Below are positions 1-8,594 of a DNA stretch of 54,930 nt, in pieces. Origin of the DNA: a virus. Its lineage: Duplodnaviria > Caudoviricetes. A program made the position numbers and the translations under genes. Where the stretch lies: positions 1 through 54,930 of IMG/VR virus record IMGVR_UViG_3300030207_004860. One strand, given 5' to 3'. Under the pieces are notes generated by a model that had not been told where the DNA came from, made no database searches, and saw only the letters and a list, made by a program, of their open reading frames with translations. Numbering within the stretch: the stretch's first letter is position 1; each line of letters opens with the position of its first letter.

Positions 1-297
1 CCTCATTGTTTTATCCCAATCACGTTTTGCGTATGGGTTCGATTTTGTACCATTTATAAAAAAGAAATTAAGTCCTTTTTTTGTATCTGCACCTTTTGTT
101 ACAAAGCTATCATCTACCTGGTCCCATGCTATGCCATGTGAATTATGCATTTTTTGAAATACACCTTTATCACTGCTTGGTAATTTCTTAAAGATATATT
201 CAACCTTTTTTGATGCAAACTTTTCTGTTATAAGGCCTTCCTTCAAAAGTTCTGCAAAGCATTCCTTAATTAAACCTCTTAATTCTTTTCTATTCAT
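1..297 (-). CDS. Partial hypothetical protein, putative internal head protein (runs off the left edge)
   Basis: ATG at 297 opens MNRKELRGLIKECFAELLKEGLITEKF... and stays open to the window edge. It has clustered (L/I)xE motifs and a late-promoter-like motif at 329-336. Not in the ORF track. Confidence 0.75.
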   Translation of the reverse strand, partial: MNRKELRGLIKECFAELLKEGLITEKFASKKVEYIFKKLPSSDKGVFQKMHNSHGIAWDQVDDSFVTKGADTKKGLNFFFINGTKSNPYAKRDWDKTMR

Positions 298-328
298 AAT
301 TTTAATCCCTTTGTATTTATATTATATA

Positions 329-336
329 ATAAATAT
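329..336 (-). promoter_or_regulatory. Putative late promoter ATATTTAT
   Basis: One of ten copies found directly upstream of gene starts. Confidence 0.6.
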
Positions 337-340
337 CAAT

Positions 341-595
341 TTAGCTCCAAAACATTAGCTTACCAATAATACCTAAAATTGCGACCCAAATGGACCACAA
401 TACCTTTCCTGTTTGTTTTCTAAACCTTGTATTATCATTTATTCTTGAAATAGCACCACCATCTGGATTCAGAAGCTGCTTTTTTATCATGGAGATATCT
501 TTCTGCATTTTATCCTGATTATCCTTCATATACTCTAGGTCTTGTTGTACAAGCTTAATATTATTATGAAGGTGTTCATTGGTTAGTCTCGCCAC
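341..595 (-). CDS. Small coiled-coil protein with a C-terminal transmembrane helix (possibly holin/XhlA-like)
   Basis: Heptad-like N-terminus and hydrophobic C-terminus VLWSIWVAILGIIGKLMFWS. Confidence 0.6.
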   Translation of the reverse strand: MARLTNEHLHNNIKLVQQDLEYMKDNQDKMQKDISMIKKQLLNPDGGAISRINDNTRFRKQTGKVLWSIWVAILGIIGKLMFWS

Positions 596-1155
596 TTTTT
601 TGCTCCATCTTTTAGTTCATTTATCTTATTATTAAATATCAGCTCAAGCTCCTTCCTTCCTTGTCCGCCTTTCCATTTTTCAAATGTTCCTGCCTCAGTA
701 ATATATTCTTTTCCCTGTCTACTGTTAAGCCATTCATTGTATTCTGATTCTATATCTTTTATCCATGCATCAAAGTTTTTACCGTGTTCTCTACTAATAA
801 AATCCTTGTATACACCTTTTATTCTCATTCTTGTATCCCATTTAACATGACAGTCAAAACAATGCTTCATTAATTCCCAGCAGCCTTTATCAAACCTATG
901 CTTCATTACTGTATTGCATTTAGGACATTTTATTGGCATTCTTAGCTCTTTTCTTGCAGCATCCATTTTTGTAATGTTCTGCTTAATGCCATCCTTTATT
1001 GTCCAAGTCTTACCTCTTTCATTCCAGATATCACCTTCAGACCTTTTGCCTCTTTTTTTACTATAACCAGTTTGTATTTCCGTTGATGAGCCATAATTAC
1101 CTGTTACCAGGTTTCTCATTCTTTGTACTTTACTTTCTTTTATTGCCTTTTTCAT
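583..1155 (-). CDS. Hypothetical protein with a zinc-ribbon motif
   Basis: CPKC...CFDCH. ATG at 1155 is preferred over TTG at 1161. Confidence 0.7.
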   Translation of the reverse strand: MKKAIKESKVQRMRNLVTGNYGSSTEIQTGYSKKRGKRSEGDIWNERGKTWTIKDGIKQNITKMDAARKELRMPIKCPKCNTVMKHRFDKGCWELMKHCFDCHVKWDTRMRIKGVYKDFISREHGKNFDAWIKDIESEYNEWLNSRQGKEYITEAGTFEKWKGGQGRKELELIFNNKINELKDGAKKWRD

Positions 1156-1783
1156 AACCAAATATTAAACCCTTTAATGTACCTTTTATAATACCATCTT
1201 CTATTTCACCTTTGCCTTGCATATTCCACCAATCCTTTGGTTGGTTTTTTAACCTTGCCGTTGTTTCTGCATTTCTTTGTGTGTATCCTTTTACGGGTTG
1301 CTGAGGAATATTCATTTTTCTACTATAATTTCTATTTCTGTCCAGGTCAACCACCCTTGTTGGTTCGCTTTGTTGCCTTCTATATCCACCAGATGATGGT
1401 TCAGGTGTTCCTGCCTCAGGTGCCTCTTCTGGAGATAATTGACCTGCCCATGGCCAAGCCTCCTCCTCGCCTGTAGAAAGATTTACACCATTTAGTGACT
1501 CAGGTGGTATTTTATAATCATTATCACCACTTCCTCTCCATGTTCTTTGTACTGGACTTAATGGTGGTGTATCATCCCTAAGCTCACCTGCATGTTCTTC
1601 ATCATTATCATATATTGGGTCTGCTATTGGAAAATCTACTTGTGTCATACCCTTTCCTAAGCCTGATGGTGATACGTATCTTTTTCTACCTGCCTTTACA
1701 TGTATTCCATCTGGCCATGCATCACCACTGGTAAGACCTGTACCTGTTAGTGTGGATTCAATTATATTTTTTAACTTAATCAT
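1130..1783 (-). CDS. Hypothetical low-complexity protein, putative internal head protein
   Basis: N-terminal MIKLKNIIE leader and a Pro/Gly/Glu-rich, disordered-looking body. The late motif lies 4 nt upstream of the ATG. Confidence 0.7.
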   Translation of the reverse strand: MIKLKNIIESTLTGTGLTSGDAWPDGIHVKAGRKRYVSPSGLGKGMTQVDFPIADPIYDNDEEHAGELRDDTPPLSPVQRTWRGSGDNDYKIPPESLNGVNLSTGEEEAWPWAGQLSPEEAPEAGTPEPSSGGYRRQQSEPTRVVDLDRNRNYSRKMNIPQQPVKGYTQRNAETTARLKNQPKDWWNMQGKGEIEDGIIKGTLKGLIFGYEKGNKRK

Positions 1784-1787
1784 ATTA

Positions 1788-1795
1788 ATAAATAT
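1788..1795 (-). promoter_or_regulatory. Putative late promoter ATATTTAT (leaderless)
   Basis: 4 nt before ATG 1783. Confidence 0.7.
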
Positions 1796-1806
1796 CCTTT
1801 AGCGAA

Positions 1807-4056
1807 TTAAAAATATATCATTCCTGTGATTTGATTTATTGGTGCAAATGCACCTGTTAGTTTATATGTGTTGCCTTTATATACAAATACTAAACCTTCA
1901 CTTGGTACTATTGCATTCATACCACCTATTGAATTTAGTTTATTTAATTGTTGTGATAGTCTATTTAATTTCTTAATGTCACCACCTTTTTTAACTATTG
2001 CAATTGATGATTGTACTTGCTTTCTTATATTTTGTACTGCTTTATCTGGATTTGCAGCCAAAAACCCATCTACATTTTTAAGCACCTCTACACCTAATTC
2101 AAAAAATAATACCTCAAAAGGCAGCATATTCTTTTTAACTTGGTCTGCGTGTTTCATTTTATCAAATTCAATTGACTTTGCCAATACCTTTTCATCATCA
2201 ATATTTTTTCTATTTAACCTAAATGATTTATCAAAAAATGCCCAACGTTGTACAAGGCCCATTTTTATTCTATTTTCAAGCTTGCCTATTTTCTTTTCTA
2301 CAAAGTCCTCCCACCATGCCTGGTGATAGTCACCAAATGTATTTGAATCCTTCATTTTATATTTTGACATTAACTTATTTAACTTGCTAATAAAATAAGG
2401 CTGTTTTTCTGAGAAGTCCTGGTGTGCCTTCATTTTTAATATTTGTGGTCCTATTACACTAAAACTTTTTTGTACATTTGCATTTACCTGCTTTATCATT
2501 CCGGCCAACATTCTTGCACCATCATTTACAGCACCAATTGCTTTTCCTTCCTTATATTGTAGTACATTGTGGAATTGTAAATAAGGTGCATCATAATTTA
2601 TAACATTTGCAGATGCTGGATACATTATTTCCATATTTACCCAATTGTTTCCATCATTAAATATTTTCTTTTTTTGTTTGTCATTTATACTACCAATTGC
2701 CTTTGACAAATCTTTCATTGCATAGTTAAATGCTTTTTCAATATTACCTCTACCTGCAAACTTTTTTGCAATTGCCTTTGAATCAACACCACCACGCTTT
2801 ATATCGCCAGCATTTCTTGCAGCAAGTAACTTACCATTCCATGTTATAAAAAGATTCTGGCCATCAGTTTTTTCTGTTGCAACCTGATTTATATCAAGTT
2901 TTCCTTGCAATGATATGTTAATTATATTCTTAAAATCACCAAATGTTAATCCTTTGTCATCAAATGGATGTGACATATGACCATAGGCACCACCTTCTGT
3001 AATTAACCCCTCATATATAACATCAAGCCTTTTTATTTCTTTCTTTTCCCATTCAATAAACTTCCAACCAATAATTGCAGCAGTTCTTTCAATGTGCTTT
3101 TTCCACTGATTAAATGCCTGCGTACCTTCAAGGTCACCAAATTGCTTTGTACCTCCTATCTCACCTTTTACACCATTTGGCCAATATGATACTGTACCTG
3201 TAGGTCCATCTGGGTATCCTGTGTTATGAAAAAAGAATTCATCATCACCACTTATATAATTAAGTACCTTCATTCCTCTATTAATATTTTTTTCTAATTC
3301 ATCGCCAAACATTTTCCATGACTTTTGATTTCCCCAATATCCACCAGGGCCATCATCAACCTCGGCACCTACACTATTTGCAAAGTTTGATGATTCAGAT
3401 AATATCTTTCCTATGTTTATATTGCTACAAAATGTATCAATTGTTTCATTTAATTTTTCAAGTTTATTAACTATTAAATTATAATTCTTTGTATGACCAA
3501 ATATACCCTTAAACAGTTTTATTTTATCTGATTTTTCTAATGACCTATCGCCTAATGCAGTCCTTATTGTTGTACCACTCATTTCGCCATAACCACTAAC
3601 GCTTAAACTAACATGAGGTGCTATAATTGTATATGCACCGTCTTTATATCCTACTTCTGCCTTTCCTTTCCAAGGTCTAAAAAATTTACCACCTAATCTG
3701 CTTGCATCTTTTTTACCAACCATAAATACTGCAGCAGTTGTTTCAGGGTCAAACTTCCTTAATATCTCTTCTGCCTTGTATGGATTTTTAACCTGTACCA
3801 CATTTGATATGCCGTGTGAGTTTATTATTTTTTTCTTTTCTGCAAAAGAAAATGGAGATTTTGGTAGACTAACCTTGCCACTTGTTCCAACATATGCATT
3901 CTTAAATTTTGACTGTAACCACTTAAATGTTTTTGCATGGTGTTTACCCATTGGCTGGAATCTACCAGGATATATTGCCACAACAGTTTTTATCTTTGTT
4001 TCCTCAGATAGTATATTTTCTGCCAACCAATTTCCTAAGTTCATGTTATTCTCCAT
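1807..4056 (-). CDS. Multidomain protein: N-terminal HxGH-type (cytidylyltransferase/NMNAT-like) nucleotidyltransferase and C-terminal ATP-dependent ligase-fold domain
   Basis: N-terminal domain: YPGRFQPMGKHH, SPFSFAEK, VGKKD and MSGTTIR (KMSKS-like). C-terminal domain: EKTDGQN (motif I), SEGLVF (motif IV) and YKLTG (motif V). Confidence 0.75.
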   Translation of the reverse strand: MENNMNLGNWLAENILSEETKIKTVVAIYPGRFQPMGKHHAKTFKWLQSKFKNAYVGTSGKVSLPKSPFSFAEKKKIINSHGISNVVQVKNPYKAEEILRKFDPETTAAVFMVGKKDASRLGGKFFRPWKGKAEVGYKDGAYTIIAPHVSLSVSGYGEMSGTTIRTALGDRSLEKSDKIKLFKGIFGHTKNYNLIVNKLEKLNETIDTFCSNINIGKILSESSNFANSVGAEVDDGPGGYWGNQKSWKMFGDELEKNINRGMKVLNYISGDDEFFFHNTGYPDGPTGTVSYWPNGVKGEIGGTKQFGDLEGTQAFNQWKKHIERTAAIIGWKFIEWEKKEIKRLDVIYEGLITEGGAYGHMSHPFDDKGLTFGDFKNIINISLQGKLDINQVATEKTDGQNLFITWNGKLLAARNAGDIKRGGVDSKAIAKKFAGRGNIEKAFNYAMKDLSKAIGSINDKQKKKIFNDGNNWVNMEIMYPASANVINYDAPYLQFHNVLQYKEGKAIGAVNDGARMLAGMIKQVNANVQKSFSVIGPQILKMKAHQDFSEKQPYFISKLNKLMSKYKMKDSNTFGDYHQAWWEDFVEKKIGKLENRIKMGLVQRWAFFDKSFRLNRKNIDDEKVLAKSIEFDKMKHADQVKKNMLPFEVLFFELGVEVLKNVDGFLAANPDKAVQNIRKQVQSSIAIVKKGGDIKKLNRLSQQLNKLNSIGGMNAIVPSEGLVFVYKGNTYKLTGAFAPINQITGMIYF

Positions 4057-4061
4057 ATTAT

Positions 4062-4069
4062 ATAAATAT
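4062..4069 (-). promoter_or_regulatory. Putative late promoter ATATTTAT (leaderless)
   Basis: 5 nt before ATG 4056. Confidence 0.7.
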
Positions 4070-4082
4070 TAAACTATTTAGT

Positions 4083-6722
4083 TTATGATATTTGCTCCAT
4101 TGTAAAAAATGCTCCAAAGAGTGCATCCTTATTTGCAACAGATATTTCTATTATACACATTGTTAAATCATTACCGGTAAGCTTAGCTGCTTCAGTAGAA
4201 CTAAATACTGTTGCTGCTGCTACATATGCTTGTTCAACAGTAGTACTGATTGTTGGGCACTTTGTTGCAGTCATTGACTTGACTAATGCTGGTGCACACC
4301 ATCCTGCATTTTGTGTTGTATAAATTTTTACAGCAGCACCAGCCTTGGCCATTGGTATCATACAACTTGCTAATTTATATCCTTTAGGTATTATAAAAGA
4401 TGTTCCTGCATTCATTGAGAATGAAAAACTAACTGCATTGCTAGAAAAAGAGTATGCTTGATATTTGCTATTTTCTCCTTCGAATTTATGTGCTGGTATC
4501 ATATAATATGTATGATACCCCTGACTTCCTCCTACTGCATAATTAGGATATGAACTATTTGCATATGACTGTACTACGCCATCTACTTGGACATCTCCAC
4601 CAGTTGGGTCAATTATAAGGTCACCTGCAACATCTATTTCTGGAGTTGCATCAACATTAAACGTAAATCTTGTTGTGGTTCCATCATTCATTTTTATTTG
4701 GTCACCATCAGCTGATAGTATAATATCAGCGGTTGCATCCAATGTTAAATTAGTAGAAGATTCTAATTCTGTACCTACAAATTTTGTAGCTGCTGTTATG
4801 TCATCACCAAATATATCACCACTTGCACTTATATGGCTAGATGCTGTTATATCGCCAAGAGCAACCTCAAGCCCTGAATTTTTTACTCTTAGGTTAGGTT
4901 CAGCATAGACTATTGCATTACTATCAATTGCAATTGCATCTGTAACTTGAACTTCTGAACCTATAAATTGGGTTGCATAAACATTATTACTTGAACTTAT
5001 ATGACCTGATGATGTTATATTACCTGTCTTGGTCATACTAAATATATGTGTAGTATTTACACCTGGTACTGCACTGTTATTATTTGCATTATATATATTA
5101 AATGAACCATAATTTCCTGTTTGGCCTGCATTTAATAGTATGCTAAATCCGTTGTCTGAATCAATGTGTCCATCTATTGCTTCTGTAGTTATACCTGTCA
5201 GTCCACCTCTAAGTACAACATCACCTCCTGTTGAATCCTTACCTTTAATAGTTATTTGACCATCTGTAAAATAATTACCTGTAGAACCAGATACTGCAAA
5301 TTGTGGTGCAATTATATTACCAGATGATGTAACCACCTGTGTTGTTGATGCGGGGTCGCCTAATTGTATAAAATCACCATGTATTCTTGTTCCATTTGTA
5401 TCGTTTCCAAATTGCAGGTTTGTGTCGTGAGGAGAAATGGAAAGCATTTTACCTGTTCTCATCTTACTTGTATCAATTTCACCACTGGCACTAAAGTGTC
5501 CAGACATTGTAACATCGCCTGTAAGCTCTGCAGAACCTTCTGATATAAATTTATTTGTTGCTCTAACAATACTTGCAGTTAGGTTTGATTTACCTGTACC
5601 TGCAGAGTCTCCAAATTCTGCACCTTTATCTGAAAATTTAATATGTCCTAGCTTTGTTGTTGTTCCTGCCTGCCTAAATTCAATTGTGTCACCATCAGTT
5701 ACTATGTGATTAAATGAACCTGTTGTTGCGGTCATATCACCACTCATACTAACATTTGATGCAGTAATTGCACCAGATGCAGAAATTGAACCACTCATTA
5801 ATGTAATATCAGAACCTTTTGATTTTATTGCGCCATTTACAGTTAGAACTCTTGTTCTACAATTCCAAAATATATTTTCATTTGTTCTTAATGTTTCGCA
5901 GTCTGCACTTGTATTATTATCATCTACAAATGTTAAATATCTAGGTGCATCTGTTGCTGCACATTGTATTGTTTTAATCTGATCTGCACATGCAGCTGTA
6001 TCTGTACTATCTAATAATGTTGAACCCCAAACTCTTGAGTCTATTTCATCTGTATATAGTCTTCCATTTTTATATATAACGACACTATTATCTGTGTCTG
6101 CAGTAATATCTCCATATATATTACCACTTGCACTTATATCGCCTGATGCTGTGAAACTACCTGATATATCTAGACCTTTATGTGTTCCAACTGTTAAAAG
6201 TGCATCAGATGTTCCACCTTTTTGAACAATTATACTTCCTTCATTAGTAGAATTACCTGCTCTAAAAATAACATCCCTATTTGACCTTAGGTTTTGGTAA
6301 ACCATATTGTCACTAGAATTCATAAGAATATTACCAAATTCTGTTCCTGCTGCATTTTCAAACCTTAAACCTTTGTCATTTGAAAATACAATATCTGCCT
6401 CTACCATATTTAGGTCACCACTTAGGTAGTTTTCGCCTGTACCTGATGAACTAATTTGTCCTGATGCTGTAATATCGCCTGTAAATGTATGTGTGTCATC
6501 AGATGAATTACCAAATATCGTTGAACCCGATGTTACGTTTATGACACTTTCTGATACAACATATGTTTGAGCAGTTATTGTGCCTGCTACAGTTACATTG
6601 TCGCCACTAAATGATATTGGTACGGTACTTCCTGTTCCGTCAAATATTGCACCTCCACTAGTATGAAGTACTCTTTGGTAAGTATCCTGAATATTTGAGC
6701 CTGATAAATCTGGCAAACCCAT
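4083..6722 (-). CDS. Tail fibre/spike-like virion protein with ITASGxISASG repeats
   Basis: Gly/Ser/Thr-rich, with repeated (D/N)ITASG.ISASG beta-repeats. SD AGGAGG at 6729-6734. Confidence 0.75.
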   Translation of the reverse strand: MGLPDLSGSNIQDTYQRVLHTSGGAIFDGTGSTVPISFSGDNVTVAGTITAQTYVVSESVINVTSGSTIFGNSSDDTHTFTGDITASGQISSSGTGENYLSGDLNMVEADIVFSNDKGLRFENAAGTEFGNILMNSSDNMVYQNLRSNRDVIFRAGNSTNEGSIIVQKGGTSDALLTVGTHKGLDISGSFTASGDISASGNIYGDITADTDNSVVIYKNGRLYTDEIDSRVWGSTLLDSTDTAACADQIKTIQCAATDAPRYLTFVDDNNTSADCETLRTNENIFWNCRTRVLTVNGAIKSKGSDITLMSGSISASGAITASNVSMSGDMTATTGSFNHIVTDGDTIEFRQAGTTTKLGHIKFSDKGAEFGDSAGTGKSNLTASIVRATNKFISEGSAELTGDVTMSGHFSASGEIDTSKMRTGKMLSISPHDTNLQFGNDTNGTRIHGDFIQLGDPASTTQVVTSSGNIIAPQFAVSGSTGNYFTDGQITIKGKDSTGGDVVLRGGLTGITTEAIDGHIDSDNGFSILLNAGQTGNYGSFNIYNANNNSAVPGVNTTHIFSMTKTGNITSSGHISSSNNVYATQFIGSEVQVTDAIAIDSNAIVYAEPNLRVKNSGLEVALGDITASSHISASGDIFGDDITAATKFVGTELESSTNLTLDATADIILSADGDQIKMNDGTTTRFTFNVDATPEIDVAGDLIIDPTGGDVQVDGVVQSYANSSYPNYAVGGSQGYHTYYMIPAHKFEGENSKYQAYSFSSNAVSFSFSMNAGTSFIIPKGYKLASCMIPMAKAGAAVKIYTTQNAGWCAPALVKSMTATKCPTISTTVEQAYVAAATVFSSTEAAKLTGNDLTMCIIEISVANKDALFGAFFTMEQIS

Positions 6723-6732
6723 TTATAACCTC

Positions 6733-7305
6733 CTAATTTCTTTTTTGAAGGACTTTTACAATACCATCAATAACATTTTGTGATTTTTTAACATTATTTT
6801 TTCTTGTATATTCTGCAATTATTGTATTTAATTTTCCTCTTTTAACTTTAAGATTTTTAATATTAATATCTTCTTTAATTAAAAGCTTCATTATATTTAC
6901 AATATGTTGTCTATCACTTTTACTAATAGAATTACTTTCTTTTATACCTGTAACAGATATGTTTAGTCCATTTTCTTTTATAACCTTTTTTTGTTGTGAT
7001 TTTACCTCAACGGTAACTTTTTTACTAGCCTCAACTAGAAATTCTGATTTCCATGGGACAAAATAGGTGTCATCAGCTACCACCTCAAGTTTTATATTAC
7101 CAGATGAACTTTCATCTAAAAAGCCTTTTAACTTTTTTACTGGTATACTACACTTACCACTTTTTGATATTGTTCCGTTAAATACAAAATTAATATCATC
7201 AGATTCAACTATCAATCTTGCAAATGAATCTTTTATTGATGCACCAGATAGTTTAATATCACATTCGAATACCTCACTTTTATCTGTATATAATTTATAT
7301 GCCAT
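6733..7305 (-). CDS. Hypothetical protein, probably structural
   Basis: 190-aa ORF with an AAGGAG SD, located in the tail-gene cluster. Confidence 0.75.
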   Translation of the reverse strand: MAYKLYTDKSEVFECDIKLSGASIKDSFARLIVESDDINFVFNGTISKSGKCSIPVKKLKGFLDESSSGNIKLEVVADDTYFVPWKSEFLVEASKKVTVEVKSQQKKVIKENGLNISVTGIKESNSISKSDRQHIVNIMKLLIKEDINIKNLKVKRGKLNTIIAEYTRKNNVKKSQNVIDGIVKVLQKRN

Positions 7306-7460
7306 TATTTAGACTCCTTATATGGAAACATTTTATTTAGTTTGTCCTTTCTTTCATTACACCCACAGTCATCACCTACTATCTTTTTTACTGCTATTTT
7401 TATACCAGTAGCCTCAGTGATTTTTTCTATTGTATCACCTAAACCTTTTGACTTTTTTAT
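7305..7460 (-). CDS. Small 51-aa phage protein (SKGLGDTIEKIT...DCGC..RK..LN..FP type) with a non-canonical ATA start
   Basis: Reads (M/I)KKSKGLGDTIEKITEATGIKIAVKKIVGDDCGCNERKDKLNKMFPYKESK*. It overlaps the upstream stop as ATAA and the downstream start as TAATG. Absent from the ORF track. Confidence 0.7.
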   Translation of the reverse strand: MKKSKGLGDTIEKITEATGIKIAVKKIVGDDCGCNERKDKLNKMFPYKESK

Positions 7461-7807
7461 ATTATTATCTTTACTGATGACTTTGCCTCTTTTATGATTA
7501 ATTCTACGTCATTTACTTTTGCACTTATATTTTTTACTTCTTTTTCCTCATCATATTTTTTAATGCCATTCATCTTCATTATTAATCGTATAAGTTTCTT
7601 TTTCTTTTCTTTTTCTAAATCTGTTATTGCATCAACAACTGTTCCACCTGCATCTACAACCGTAATTATTTCCTGTATTAATGATACATTATCCCATGTA
7701 TATGGAAATACAGAAGGAGTAAACCCCGGTTTATATGTTTGGCTTGGAGGTGCCGCTTCCCACTTAAAGTCTGCGTTACTCCATTTTATTTTCGTTATTG
7801 TTGCCAT
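7457..7807 (-). CDS. Hypothetical protein
   Basis: 116-aa ORF with the late motif 3 nt upstream of the ATG. Confidence 0.75.
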   Translation of the reverse strand: MATITKIKWSNADFKWEAAPPSQTYKPGFTPSVFPYTWDNVSLIQEIITVVDAGGTVVDAITDLEKEKKKKLIRLIMKMNGIKKYDEEKEVKNISAKVNDVELIIKEAKSSVKIII

Positions 7808-7810
7808 TAT

Positions 7811-7818
7811 ATAAATAT
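7811..7818 (-). promoter_or_regulatory. Putative late promoter ATATTTAT (leaderless)
   Basis: 3 nt before ATG 7807. Confidence 0.7.
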
Positions 7819-7841
7819 CACTTTATAATTTAATAAATTAA

Positions 7842-8594
7842 CTATTTACCTGTTAGTGTCCATGTATATGTGCCATCAGTAATACTTAGTACTTGTTTAC
7901 TTATAGTAAATGTAAGTGTCTTTTTACCTGCTAACAATCCATTAGCTGTGGTTGCCGATGTTGCTGCTGTTGCTCTTGTTGCGGTTGAAGCATTTCCTGT
8001 AGTATCTTGATTTCCAGCTGTATTAACACCAGGTAAATTAATATCGGCACTTCCATCAAAGCTAACACCACCTATATTTCTTGCTGTTTTTAATAAACTA
8101 CTAGTAGCTGCATATGATGCTGAGGTAGCCGTTGCAGCATTTCCTGTTGTATTTTGATTTCCAGCTGTATTTACTCCTGGTAGATTTATATTACCAGTTC
8201 CGTCAAAGCTAACCCCACCTATAGACCTTGCTGTCTTTAATGATGTTGCCTTTATATCAATATTATTTGTATTTCTGTCTGCCTTAAATATTGACTCCTT
8301 TCTATCATCACCTTTATCATTTTTATCTTCAGCTAAATCTCTTATGTCAAATGCAGTTTCTGGGTCATTTGTTCCTATTCCTACCTTTCCACTTCCAGAT
8401 ATATAAAATGCTATTCTATCATTGTTTGAACCAATTGATGCAGAAGGTATTCTAAACTGTACACTTGTTGGGTCATCTGGGTCTATTTCCCATTTTGCAA
8501 CTTGCTTAAATGTTGAGCTTGATACTGGACGACTTTCCTTACTACCTGATGGCGGTATAGACCCTGAGTATATTACTATGTTTCTGGTAAACAT
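7842..8594 (-). CDS. Tail fibre-associated protein with a duplicated fibre repeat
   Basis: GKVGIGT.DP motif and two copies of LKTAR.IGGVSFDG...INLPGVNTAGNQ.TTGNA.TAT. Confidence 0.75.
   Translation of the reverse strand: MFTRNIVIYSGSIPPSGSKESRPVSSSTFKQVAKWEIDPDDPTSVQFRIPSASIGSNNDRIAFYISGSGKVGIGTNDPETAFDIRDLAEDKNDKGDDRKESIFKADRNTNNIDIKATSLKTARSIGGVSFDGTGNINLPGVNTAGNQNTTGNAATATSASYAATSSLLKTARNIGGVSFDGSADINLPGVNTAGNQDTTGNASTATRATAATSATTANGLLAGKKTLTFTISKQVLSITDGTYTWTLTGK
7977..8240 (-). repeat. Intragenic direct repeat: two ~117-nt copies with a 147-nt period
   Basis: Copies at ~7977-8093 and ~8124-8240 encode near-identical 39-aa units and differ mostly at synonymous positions. Confidence 0.85.

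Noticed and set aside
7452-7458. A-AAA-AAG slippery heptamer at the junction of two ORFs
   Set aside because: It lies at or after the upstream stop and is phased in the downstream frame, so it cannot drive a canonical -1 shift from the upstream ORF.
7977-8240. Tail-gene repeat as a diversity-generating retroelement template/variable repeat pair
   Set aside because: Both copies are in frame within one gene, differences are mostly synonymous rather than adenine-specific, and there is no reverse transcriptase in the window.
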